A stretch of DNA of 64,000 bases from Callorhinchus milii. Taxonomy: Eukaryota. Shown one piece after another: positions 1 through 49,820 of this stretch (position 1 is its first letter; each line of letters opens with the position of its first letter). Position numbers and translations under genes: made by a program. The stretch covers positions 87,174,001 through 87,238,000 of the forward strand of contig NW_024704742.1 in assembly GCF_018977255.1 (NCBI RefSeq). Reading direction: 5' to 3'. Under the pieces are notes generated by a model. The model made no database searches and was not told the origin of the DNA. It saw only the letters and a list, made by a program, of their open reading frames with translations.

Positions 1-712
1 GAGAGCGGGAGGAGAAGCCGTTTGTGCAGATGTACTGCTGGCGGTTTGTGAGGTAGGACTCGAACCAGGCGAGTGCGGTCCCACTGAGATAGATGACGGA
101 GGAAAGGCGGTGGAAGAGGATGGCGTGATCAACTGTGTTGAATGCAGCGGAGAGGTCCAGGAGAACAAGGAGGCAGAGGGAGCCCTGGTCACAGATAGAG
201 AGGATGTCGTTTGTGACTTTCACAAGCGCAGTCTATGTACTGTGGGCAGGGCGGAAACCGGACTGGAGGGGTTCGAAGAGGGAGTGGGAGGAGAGGTCTG
301 TGCGAAGTTGATTGCCAACAATGTGTTCTAGGACTTTTGCGAGGAAGGGCAAGTTGGAAATGGGGCGGTAGTGGCTGGGGTTTGAGGGATCTAGGGAAGA
401 TTTTTAAGGAGGCGGGTGATGACAGCAGTTTTGAGGGGGGCAGGGTGTGATCCAGAGGAGAGGGACTGATTGATGATGTCAGCCAGTCGTGGGCAGAGGA
501 GGGGGAGCTGGGTGACCAGCAAGGTGGTGGGGAGGAGATCGAGGCAGCAGGTGGTGGGTTTCATGGAGGTGATGGTGGGTGAGAGGGAGGAGGGAAAGAT
601 AGGGAGAAAGTAATGTAGGTTGGGGGTGGTGGTAGGAGCAGATGATGGGGAGGGTGAGGGGGACAGAGAGGGAGTGGTGGTGGGTGACAGGAGGCAGGTG
701 GATGAGGATGAT
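1..712 (-). mobile_element. L2-clade LINE ORF2 (reverse transcriptase) fragment, degenerate, runs off the window edge
   Basis: Minus-strand translation gives LLVLLDLSAAFNTVDHAILFHRLSSVI..GTALAWFESYL and LADIINQSLSSG..PAPLKTAVI, typical of L2/CR1-type RT. Very similar to the copy at 12121-13708. Confidence 0.85.
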
Positions 713-842
713 AACAAAAACTCAAGTTTTTGTTAAACAAGAAAGCAGCCGGTCGGTTTCTTAATCATTACGTCAATCAGTCTAGATGTGATCCACCTGC
801 CCTCACACACACATAAACATATACACATCACTGCTGCTCTTA

Positions 843-38772
<37,930 letters not shown>

Positions 38773-38860
38773 GGCTCTCCGTGTGGGTTTATTCCTCCTT
38801 CCGAGCTCTTCCCTTTCAGCTATAGGAACGAGTCTTTGTGCAAAGGGCAGGAGGCAGCCC

Positions 38861-39213
38861 CCAACACCACCCCTCCACACACACACACACACACACACCC
38901 CACCACCACCACCACCTAAAAAAAAAAATCCGGTGCCAAGACTTTGAAATGAATTGCATGCAACACCGCACCCGAAATAGCTCCTGGACAGAGCGCCTGA
39001 GAATGACCGACTGCTGCCAGTGCTGTAACTGAAGGCGAAGGCTTTGTGTGCACCAACACTTGTTGCAGGGAATCAAACCCCTGTCAGTTTCATCCCAGAC
39101 CACCTCCTCCTGATGGGGTCACAGCTGGTTCAGAGCTTCCCAACAATAGCATTCCCCCCCCCCCCCCCCCCCCCCACACACACACACATACACACACACT
39201 CCCCCCACCCCCC

Positions 39214-39244
<31 letters not shown>

Positions 39245-39375
39245 CCTGAGGAATCAGTGCAGCCAAAACGATCCAGTTGGAAACCTACAGCTAAGGGGGA
39301 GGGGGTGTCTTCTTGTCGAGCACAGTCATATGTCAACTCACAGTTTGCACCCCCCCCCTCTCCACCCCTCCATCC
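38861..39375 (-). promoter_or_regulatory. Probable PGM5 5' UTR/promoter region rich in simple repeats ((CA)n, poly-C, (CT)n)
   Basis: Directly upstream of the start codon and free of transposons; the TSS cannot be placed from sequence. Confidence 0.45.
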
Positions 39376-40035
39376 ACTTTAAGGGTTAGACTCTGGATGT
39401 GGCTCTAATTTTCAAGCGACGCACTTCAAATAAATCAAGCAAAATTCAGAGGTCAAGTTTAAGAAAGAGTTCACACCCGTACTTCATATTTGCAAAACTT
39501 CCAGTTCTTATTCGATTGGCGGATGTCTTTCCCAGGGATAATAATCCCTCCAAAAAAATGGGTCACTCAATCCATGACTGTTTGTGGGACACTGTTGTGC
39601 GTAATTTATTTCAGCGCTCCGGGACGCTACCACGTGTGAAGGGCGCTGTATAAATGCAAGTTGTTGTTGTAATCGGCTGCTGTATTTTGCCCACAAAATA
39701 CAGTCAATCCACTTTACAATATATTCAATGAAGTGCATGGAGACAACTCAATGACGTGATAAGGCACGATATCAAATGAAAGGATTATCATTTTATTATT
39801 TATAATGTGAACAAATCTATCATGATACTGTGGGAGAGTTATAAACTGTAACCTTTCACCTATTTTTGGGGAACAAAAAAGTTTTGCAATGTTTTTTAAT
39901 GGGTTTCATTGATACACAGGGAATATTGCAAGTACACTTGGATAATGTTCCTCACAACTCATCACATCTCTGTGCAAATTCATCAACGTGAAGATGGACA
40001 GACACGATTTATAGCATTTGCTTATTTGATGCTTA

Positions 40036-40467
40036 TTACAGTGTATCCTGTGAAGTGCTTTCAGAATGTCTCGAAGACATGATAAGGCAAGGATAAGGCA
40101 AGACATCAAATGCAAGGATTATTATTATTATCATAGCGCCTTATCATGTCTTTGAGTCATCTTTCCCATGGGATAATAATCACTTAAAGAAATTTTTTAA
40201 ATAATAATAATTTGGTCACTCAATTCACAACTGTTTGTGGGACACTGCTGTGCACAATTGTCTGCCACTTTTGCCCAAAAAATATACAGTCAATTCATTT
40301 TAGAGTATATTCTGTGAAGTGCTTTGAGATGACTCAAATACATGATAAGGCGCTATAATAATAATAATAAAATAATAATAATAATCCTTGCATTTGATGT
40401 CTTGCCTTATCCTTGCCTTATCATGTCTTTGAGACATTCTGAAAGCACTTCACAGGATACACTGTAA
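40036..40467. repeat. Inverted duplication: arms 40036-40162 and 40327-40467 with a 164-bp spacer
   Basis: Both arms share the private duplication gataaggcaaggataaggcaag and differ mainly in (aat)n length. Confidence 0.9.
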
Positions 40468-43400
40468 AGTTTAGTGACTGTTTTGTGGGTGAAACACGGC
40501 ATCCAATTGCATACAGATATGCAAGGATTATTATTATTATTCATGATTTATCTCTCAGAAAAATGCCTACCTCACAACGTGGTCAGACTTTCTCAAACTG
40601 TGCAGGAAATTGAACAAGCTAGATTTGTTTCATTACTTTGGTCCTGTGTTGGTCTATTGTGCTGCTTTTCAAGTAATGAAAGTAATGAATAATAACACGC
40701 CGAGTAGTAATAATAATAAGTAGCTAATAAAGCATGTTTTTTCAACTTGATGCTAAGTTCACGTTAAGCAGACACAGATCTTACACTTCTGATTGTCTTC
40801 TTGTTTTGTTACAATGTCTTTCGATAAATAAAATGGGGAAAAAACAATTAATTAACCATTTCCACAAATTCCCACCCAGAGAAGTCTTGAGATAACTAGG
40901 AAAATAGCGCCACCACTGGGCAATGAGCTGTCCTACATGATGTTTTCTCTCACCCGAATTAAATAAATAATTATCAGTTTACAAAATCACCAGAGGTTCA
41001 GGTGAAGATCTTTCCACCTATTTGATCTCATCTTTCTAGAATCCCACACCCTACCATCTTTCCATTACAGGTTTCATTTTATTACAAGCTGTTTCTTAAA
41101 TGAACTTGGTGCACTTCATAATTTTTGTTTTGTCAGCCTGACACTTGTGGGGTGGGGGGGATTCGCAGCAGCCTGTGTTAGCCGAACGAAGGGGCGAGGC
41201 TAGGAGTGGGGTACAAGCAAGTCAGAGAAGTAGGGTGGGAAGTGGTTTATACGTGAGGTTGAGGATCTTGAAGTGAGCTCAGAGCCCAGCGAAGATTGGA
41301 GTGATTCATGTGTGGAGTATAATAATAATAATAATCCTTGCATTTGATATAGTGCCTCGTCACATAATTGAGATATTTCGAGCGCTTCACAATATATTTG
41401 GAAAGTGGATTGAGTGGACGAAATTGCAATTTGGGTGATGAGCTTGAACAAGCGTGTCTACAATCACCTTCCTCCCCACCCCACTCTCCCACCTTGTTGT
41501 CCACCGCCATCTCCGTAAACTACTTTGAGATGTTCCTCTACATTAAAGGCCCAGCATAATTTTAAGTTATTATTCTTGTAATCTGTTCAAACAGTTAACC
41601 TTACTTTGTGTAAAGAAATACTTCCTAAAGCAGCAGTGCTCTCCTATCCTACCTCCTAGGCCAATCTAAAATTATTATACTGGGTTTACTGATGGGTCCT
41701 AGCCCTGACAGTTCTACACATAACAAACTGATTGCTTGAAGTGAGGGTTCCTCCTCATGGTGATACCAAGAAAACACACTTTTTGCCGTTTTATTCAGTT
41801 ATCAGCCTGGCTCAATTGGTAGCTCTTTGCCTCTCAGTCGAAAGTTATGGGTTCAAGCCCTACAACTTCCATACAGGAGGCTGAAGTTCCATTGCATTGT
41901 CAGAGGTGCCATCCTTTGGATAATACTAATATAATAATAATCCTTGCATTTTATATAGTGCTTTACACATCTTCGAGACGTCTCAAAGCTTCACAGAATA
42001 TACTGTAAAGTGAATTGACTGTATGCGAATTGACTGTATTTCCGACTGTATGCAATCAGCAGTCGTGTTTTGCCTACAAAAAACATTCAATTCACTTCAC
42101 AATATATTCTGTGAAGTGCTTTAAGATGTCTCAGTGATCTGATGAGGCGCTATTTCAAACGCAAAGATTATTATTATAAAATCGGTCATTTACTTCATAG
42201 CTGTTTGTGAAGTATTGCTGTGAGGAAATTTGCTGCTACGTTTGCCTACAAATACACAGTCACTACACTTTACAGTGAATTCCTGTGAAGCACTTTGAGA
42301 TGTTTTGATAATTTGATTAGGCACTATTGTCAAATCCAAGCTGTCTTTACTTTTCGTTTCAATTCAAATGTAAAATTATTTTAAGTTTCCGAATTCAACA
42401 CAGAATTGTTCAGAGAGTAATCAGTGTAACATTGTCATTCATAGGTCTGGTAACATTCTGTTCCATGGCTGCAGGACAAACTCATTTGCGTGATACTGTC
42501 CAGACCCTTTTGGCTGAAAGAGGTTTTGTGTACAACTTATTCTGTTTCAGGAATAACAATGGAATCTTCCTTCCCTGTCTTTGAAATAAAGTCAAAAGTA
42601 TATAGTGACATTCAAGCATTTCTGCATCAATTCAGACTGCACTGTTTAACTATCTTTAATTTTGTTTATACATACATTTTGGCATACAATATATATCTGT
42701 CACTTTTCAAAGGCAGAAATTTGGACACCACAAAGCAACACATGCAAATTTGCTGCTGTGTTTGCCTATAAAATACAATCATTAAACTTTACTGTATATC
42801 CTGTGATCCGCTTTGAGATGTCTTCCCAATTGGAAAGATGCTTTACCAAATGTAAGGATTATTATTTTATTATTATGCCAATGCAAATTGTTGTTGGTCT
42901 TGGAATCTAAATTAAAAGGTCCTCTTACACCCATTTCTGTGCTTTTCAGCATTTAACAGACCTGGATCATGTTCGGCTCCATCTTCTTTCCTCTGATTAA
43001 AACGAGTTCAGCTCTCTTCAAAACCTAGAACACTTGGCTTCATCTTTCAAGTTCTTTGAACTTTCTCCAACATGACCATGTATTTCGAGGGTAAAACAAT
43101 TAATAAAACAACTAATATGCTCTTAATTTTGAAGCCTCATTTTATCCCTCATGACAGTTTAGTAGTACTAGGCAGATAAAATTGGTGATTCACTTTGTGA
43201 CTATTTGTGGGGCATTGCTGTGCATAAATTGGCTAGTGCATTTGCCTACAACAACACTTGCATTTATATAGCGCCTTTTACGCAAGGCACAAATACAGTC
43301 ACTACTGTTCTTCACAGTAAAATCCCATTGATCACTCTGAGACATCTCAATGACATGATAAGGCAAATTATTGTATTATTATACATCAGCTGTCCTGAGA

Positions 43401-44315
43401 GTAGTGAGTGGCAGGCTTCCACCCGTATTGCTCAGTGACAGAAACTATCAATTGCCTCACATGACAATTTATCCGCAATTTTCTACGTCCTAGTGGAAGA
43501 ATACTTCACTTCCTGCACAATACAATAAACATCAAGAATTCAGGAGTGTGAGATGAAACTTGCATCCCTGGATGCTAATATTATAATGCACAATGCAGGT
43601 TAATTTGAAGATCTTGTATCTTGGATGTGAAGAACTCATAAAATACTTGACTACATCTAATAATCTTTTGGCATATAATATACATGCCTGTCCTTCCGTT
43701 TCAATATTGGCTGCAATGTGAAGCTTCTTCTAACTGCTTCAGTCATCTTGACAAAGGTGAACGAGAAAACACCTGGCACCTTGGAGGACAGAAGAGAAAA
43801 TCAGCTGGTGGGGGGGTCACATTATATTTGGATACTCTCAAGGGTGGTGATAGTTTCATATGTGTGACACTCAACTGACCAAAAAAACGATTTAGTATGG
43901 ACAGGAATACAGTGGAAGTCTGTTACAACGGACACGTCTGGGAACGCTCATTTTGTCCGGCTTAAGAGGAGTTCCTGCTGCAGCATGAGGTTTACAATTT
44001 TCATGACATGGTCAAGTGAGAAGTGACTACAGCCTTTATTTCCATCTGCCATATTTCCTCTGATGGTGATGTACAAGTTTCTGCATGAATAAAGTTGTGC
44101 TCTGTTTAGAGGAAAGCATGTGATCACGTTTTCCTTTATAACCAAGGTGTGGAAAAAAAGTTTAGAGTGAGTTGAAGCTCACGAAAATGATAAAAAAAAC
44201 ACAATTTGAGATTTTTGAATGCTATAAAATCTGCATATTTGTATTTCACACGATGTAGATAAAACTTGATGTAGATTGTCATCAGCTGCTGCCGCCATCT
44301 TTACCTTTTTCCGCC

Positions 44316-44639
44316 AATAATAATAATAATCCTTGCATTTGATATAGCGCTTTTCACATCCAGAGGACGTCCCAAAGCGCTTCACAGAACACACTGTAAA
44401 GTGAATTGACTGTATATTTGTGGGCGAACGCAGCAGCCAATTGCGCCCAGCAATGTCCCACAAACAGTCATAGATTGAAAATGACCAATTTATTATTGGT
44501 TTTGGTTTTGGAGGGATTATTATTAGGCTCTGTGTGGAGTAAGGAAACTTGCCCAAGGTTTCGCCCTGACCTGCCCGGAATTGAACTCAGGTCTTTCGCT
44601 TGCAAAGCGAGTGCTCTAACCACTGGGCTACAGGACTCC
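44316..44639 (-). mobile_element. Full-length young tRNA-Ala-derived SINE
   Basis: Minus strand: ggagtcctgtagcccagtggttagagcac-tcgc-TT-TGC-AA-gcga-aagacctgagttcaattcc (TGC anticodon loop); body near-identical to 38110-38416. Confidence 0.87.
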
Positions 44640-45357
44640 ACAATCAGGAGGGCCTCAGTCTTGCCAAGCAGAGGAAGTGCCTCGTCCCCTGATTCCTCCC
44701 TCCCAATTAACGGGAGGACCAATTAGCGGTGTCTTACAGTTGATTGCAGGTGCCTGTGCGCCCAATCAATCATCATTTGACTCCTCCCAATCCCTCCCTT
44801 GTTCTTCCCCCTTCTGCGCCCCTCACTGATTGACAGCCCAACTCCAGCTGCTCGTGAATGGCTGGAGTCCGCTCTCAATCAATCTTACACTCCTCCCATC
44901 TGCATCCTGGAGGCACTCCACACACAGAAGGCCCGAGTGAGTACATTCAGCAGTTCCCAGTACTGCATTTTGACCAGATTAGCAGAATTTATGTCCGAAT
45001 CAACTGGCAGATTTAAAACAACTAAGAATATAAAGGAATTGGGACTGGGTGTTTTGTTCGATTTACCCAGTGTCCGGGGTTAACTGATGTCCACCTAAAG
45101 TGAATTCCACTATATTTGTATTTCGATAGATAATGGATGTTGACCTGAATGAAATCTATCTTAAAATAGAGCAGTAGAAATCAAATCTTTGGGTTCTATT
45201 GATACTGTAGTGCATTTATCACTACACCATGGAAAAAAGCCATATCCTGTTGACTTTTCAATCAGGACAAGAGCTGTGTTTGGCAATATTGTGTGTGTGT
45301 CAAACACTCAACTGACCCCAAAAAACCTATTCAGTATGTTTGGAAAACAGATTTAAA

Positions 45358-45725
45358 ACAACAACAACAAATTACGCTTGTATAGAGCCCTTCATATCGG
45401 AAAGACGTCCCAGGGCACTGGACAGTCAAGATTTATTGGACCCGAGCTGGGAGTTGGGATCAGGAGGAGTGGAGGGCAGGGGTTGGGGATGGGAGGGTTG
45501 GTGACGGCCCAGTCAAATACAAAGGTCTTTAGACAAGACTTAAAGGAGGCAAGAGAGGGGGTGAGGCAGAGGAATTGATGGATACAGTTCCAGAGCATGG
45601 GATTGGAGATGCTGAATGCCTGACTGCCAATGGTGGGACGGGAAGTGCAGGGGACCTGAAGCAGGCCCATGTCCGAGGAGCAAAGGGAGCAGACAGGCTG
45701 ATATAGGATTAGGAGGTCACAGAGC
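45358..45725 (-). mobile_element. L2 LINE 3' fragment with tail
   Basis: PTIGSQAFSISNPMLWN..SFKSCLKTFVFD; (caa)n tail. Confidence 0.8.
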
Positions 45726-47421
45726 TATGGGGGAGCAAGACTGTGATTGCAAATAATACAATATTTCTAAATGATTCTGTGAATTGATCAAACAATAATA
45801 AATAATAAATAATTGTTAATAATGGATAATAAATAAATAATAAATAATAAATAAATAATAAATAAATAACAACAATAAATTGGGCATTTTCAATCCACGA
45901 CTGTTTGTGGGACACTGCTGTGCGCAATTGGTTGCCGCGTTTCTCCTAAAATATATGGTCAATTCACTTTACAGACTATTCTGTGAAGCGCTTTGAGACA
46001 TCTAGAAGACGTGAAAAGCACTATATCAAATGCAAGGATTATTATTATTATTATTAAACGGCAGCCGTATGAACAAGTGATCAGTTTTAGATATTTTGAA
46101 AATGGCATAGGCTTTCAAGAAGGTTTTATACTATTTCTTATTGCCGATATTCAAAGTGAATATGATGCAAAACTGATCGCTCCCATTTCTTTTTGAATAG
46201 TGCCTTGGAATCTTTAATGTACAACAGGCAGACTGAACCTTATATATAATAATAAGCCTTACATTTGATATAGCGCTTTTCATGTCTTCTAGACAGCGCA
46301 AAGTGCGTCACAGAATATACAGTAACGTGAATTGACTGTGTATTTGTGGACGAAACCTTGGTTTAACATCTCATCCAAATAATGCAGCAAACCTCAGCTC
46401 TGAAATGGGGTGTAAGTGGAAACTCTACAGGATGCTACCAGCATGAAGGGTGTTATATAAATACAAATTGTTGTTATATAAGCTCAAAGCCAGCCCATCG
46501 GCCCTGAACCCAAAACCTTCTGATTCAGAGGCAAGAATGGCCATAATAAAGAAACAAAATCAAAACAAAATGAACTGCCCTAGGTAGTCGCTGCAGGCCC
46601 TACTATAATGCAGGGCTCCTATGAAGTAATAATAATAATAATCCTTGCATTTGAAATAACACTACACAGAATATATTGTAAAGTGAATTGACTATATTTT
46701 ATGGGTGCAACTCTGCAGCCAATTGCACATAGCAATGTCCCACAGTCATGGATTGAGTGACCAAATTATTATTATTATTTCATATCCTCTGCGGTTACAC
46801 CTTAATTACTCAAGGGACAAATTCTTATCGGCGGAGTTTTACAACTAAATTTGTACAGTAACTCAACTTTTTTTGTCGTTTCTGAAACGACCTACCTTTA
46901 AAAGGATGAACACATTTTCTTTTTCAAATATTACGATAAACAACTCACTGGCTTTCTCTGATTGTTGCGCATCCCAGTAATTTATGGGAATTGATTTCAT
47001 GTGGAAAGAATGAAAATGCATGTAGCTCTTAAAACAACACTTGTGTTAATATATGTGGCATGATAATGAACAGGATTATGAGCATCTCATTGTAGTCAGT
47101 GTCCTGGTGATGATAACTACAGTTACAGTTCTGCAAGATCGAGATGTTGCTTTTACGTGTGTGGGCATAACATGGTGATAAAAAAAATCAAGTTGCAATA
47201 ATAATTTCTTACAGGCAAAAAACATTTGATTTTCCCTCCATTGCAGAATCACACTCAGATGTCAATCATTAAACAATGGAACTCATATGTCAGTAATCAT
47301 TTCTAAAATGCAATACTGTCAATTGCACTTTCGAAATGATTACTGTGCAAAGCTTTCACATGTGGGGAAAAAACAGTATATGGTCACCAGTTAATGTGAA
47401 AAGTTCATTGTGTTTTAAAAT

Positions 47422-47804
47422 GGAGTCCTGTAGCTCAGTGGTTACAACAACAAGATTATATTTGTTTAGCACCTTTTATGTTGGGAGGATGTCCCAAGGC
47501 GCTGTAAGAGCATTCGACTCGCAAGCGAGAGACCTGGGTTCGATTCCCGGCAGGGCAAAACCTTGGGCAAGTTTCCTTACTCTATGTGTCTGATAATAAC
47601 CCCTCAAGAAAAAAACACAAATAAAAAAACATTGGTCACTTCAATCCAGGACTGTCTGTGGGACATTGCTGTGCGCAATTGACTGCCGCGTTTGGCCCAC
47701 AAATATACAGTCAATTCACTTTACAGTATATTCCGTGATGTGCTTTAAGACGTCTAGAAGATGTGAAAAGTGCTATATCAAATGCAAGGATTATTATTAT
47801 TATT
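47422..47804 (+). mobile_element. tRNA-derived SINE with an antisense ~63-bp L2 tail inserted in its head (47444-47506)
   Basis: The head 'tagctcagtggtt|agagca' is interrupted by acaacaacaag..ggatgtcccaaggcgctgta. Confidence 0.8.
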
Positions 47805-49659
47805 AAAATGCAATGTATTGGCTTCTTGTTGTTGATTTTAAAGCAAGCAGATGGGTTTTAAATGCGCCAGGCATTCTTATTCAGGGAATTCAGGAAACGC
47901 ATGTGTCGAGAGTTTAGCATTAAAGCCGTTGTAAATAAAAATGTGAACAGACCCCCTATGCAGATGGATGATTGGTCACACCTATGTACTTGAATGAAAA
48001 TAGAAAGGTGCAGAGCCACGTCCATGTCTATTGTTGGACTGGTCATTATTATTTGAATAGAAGAGTAACAAAGAACTGTATCAAAACACAGCAAATGCTT
48101 TTCTTTAAAGGACAAAAAAAAAGCCCTGTAACTATGAGAAGTAAACATTTATTTTAGGAGTGATCTCAATGTTCAGTGGAAAGTAATGACTTTGTTATTG
48201 TCTGGATGTTGTTGTGTACGGACTGATCTGAGTAACACCTATTTTACACTCTTTCTGCGAATTCTCCTCTCAAGTTAACGAAACATGTGCAATTGCTTCA
48301 TTTAATTTGCCTACAGGTTAATGATTTCACCGCAATTCCCTGTTGATGGCGAATAACAAAAGAAAACAAAATATAAGCGATGCTCTTAAAAGTGTTTGTA
48401 AACTCGATCGTTGCTGCTTTGACTGTTGTGATTCTCTGTTTCCTCTGTGTCTTTGTTTGGGGAAAACATAATGATTTGGGATTGTTTGTCCGTTTGTCCC
48501 AATAAATATCTTTGCGACTGTGTAACTGCATTCTACTTCGACTCTTTTCCGATCGGTTGGCAGCGCTTTAACTTTAAGGCTATGTTTAGCCTTTGAGCCA
48601 TTTTGCTGTGAAATCCCTCCAAACTGACTCCGGTGACAATAACATCGCTATAAAGACTTGAGCGGAATCACACTGCTGAGTCAATAAGGACACACGTTGG
48701 GACTGTAGCAACACTTGCGAGAAAAGAAGAAAAGCAAAACTTCCGCTGTCTTTGACACCCTCAAACCCGATGCTTAATAATCATATAATAAATAATAAGC
48801 CTTGCATTTGATATAGGGTCTTATCAGGTCATCCAGACGTCTCAAAGCGCTTCACAGAATATATCGCAAAGTGAATTGCCTGTATGTTTTGCGGGCGGTG
48901 TGGATGTTATAATTAAGAAGGATCCTTGCGTTTGACACAGTCTCTTATCACGTTGTGGACACCTCTCACTCAACCCGTTTCATGGGATTTACCTTACAGT
49001 GCGGGGGGGGGGGGGGGGGGGGGGTGGGGGGTGCACTTTGTAGGTGAATTCCGTCCTTGTGTTTTCAGGGGAGTTTTAACCAATTCACTGGGGTGTAACT
49101 CAGCGCTTACCTCTACGGGACATAATGCATGAAATTGCTTTGCTCAGTATCGTCTATCTGCTTAATCCACCGCTTTATTTTATTGCACAAGTTGTAACGA
49201 TCGGTCAATAAATATAATTTTAAAATAATAGGGTTTAAAAGAATCATATTGCACGATTGTGCAGTAATATGGCAATGCCAGTCAATCCTCGGTCATGTGC
49301 CCTGACACCATGATTCACTAAATCGCACCTTTTTACCTGCTTTAGTGGATGCGGATCCACACCAGACACGACCTGATTCATTGGTGAATTAAACACACAG
49401 TTGGGGTCAAATTCCAAACTGGGTTTAGAGCTTTACTCTCGAAACGTAGCACATTTGGCAAATTGTTGAATTCGGTTTTAGCTCTGAAGTCCATTTGTGA
49501 AGTTCTCACTTTTTTTTCGCAGAGAGTGGGAAAAAAAACAGCTTCAAAATTAACCACAGTGACTAAGAAACTGTCAAATTCTGAAATGTTACCTGATTAG
49601 GAAAATTTAGACCCATGTGGAATTTCTACCCATCTTTGTCTTATTATTTTGTAATAGGT

Positions 49660-49820
49660 TGCATAATATTAACATAATGTTACTATAATATAATAACATA
49701 TTAATATTGATATAATATTAACACAACATAATAACATCAATATAATATTAATATAATATGATAATATTAATATATCATAAAATAATATTAATATAATAAT
49801 ATTAATACAATATTAACTCA
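49660..49820. repeat. AT-rich low-complexity tract (taatattaa-like units)
   Basis: Almost exclusively A/T with repeated ataatattaat. Confidence 0.8.

Noticed and set aside
43908..43945. Tigger/pogo-like TIR (tacagtggaagtctgttacaacgg; similar at 23867)
   Set aside because: No matching opposite terminus or transposase was found; too short to call.
44570..44639. tRNA-Ala(TGC) gene
   Set aside because: The acceptor stem does not pair and the sequence runs straight into a SINE body and tail; it is a SINE head.
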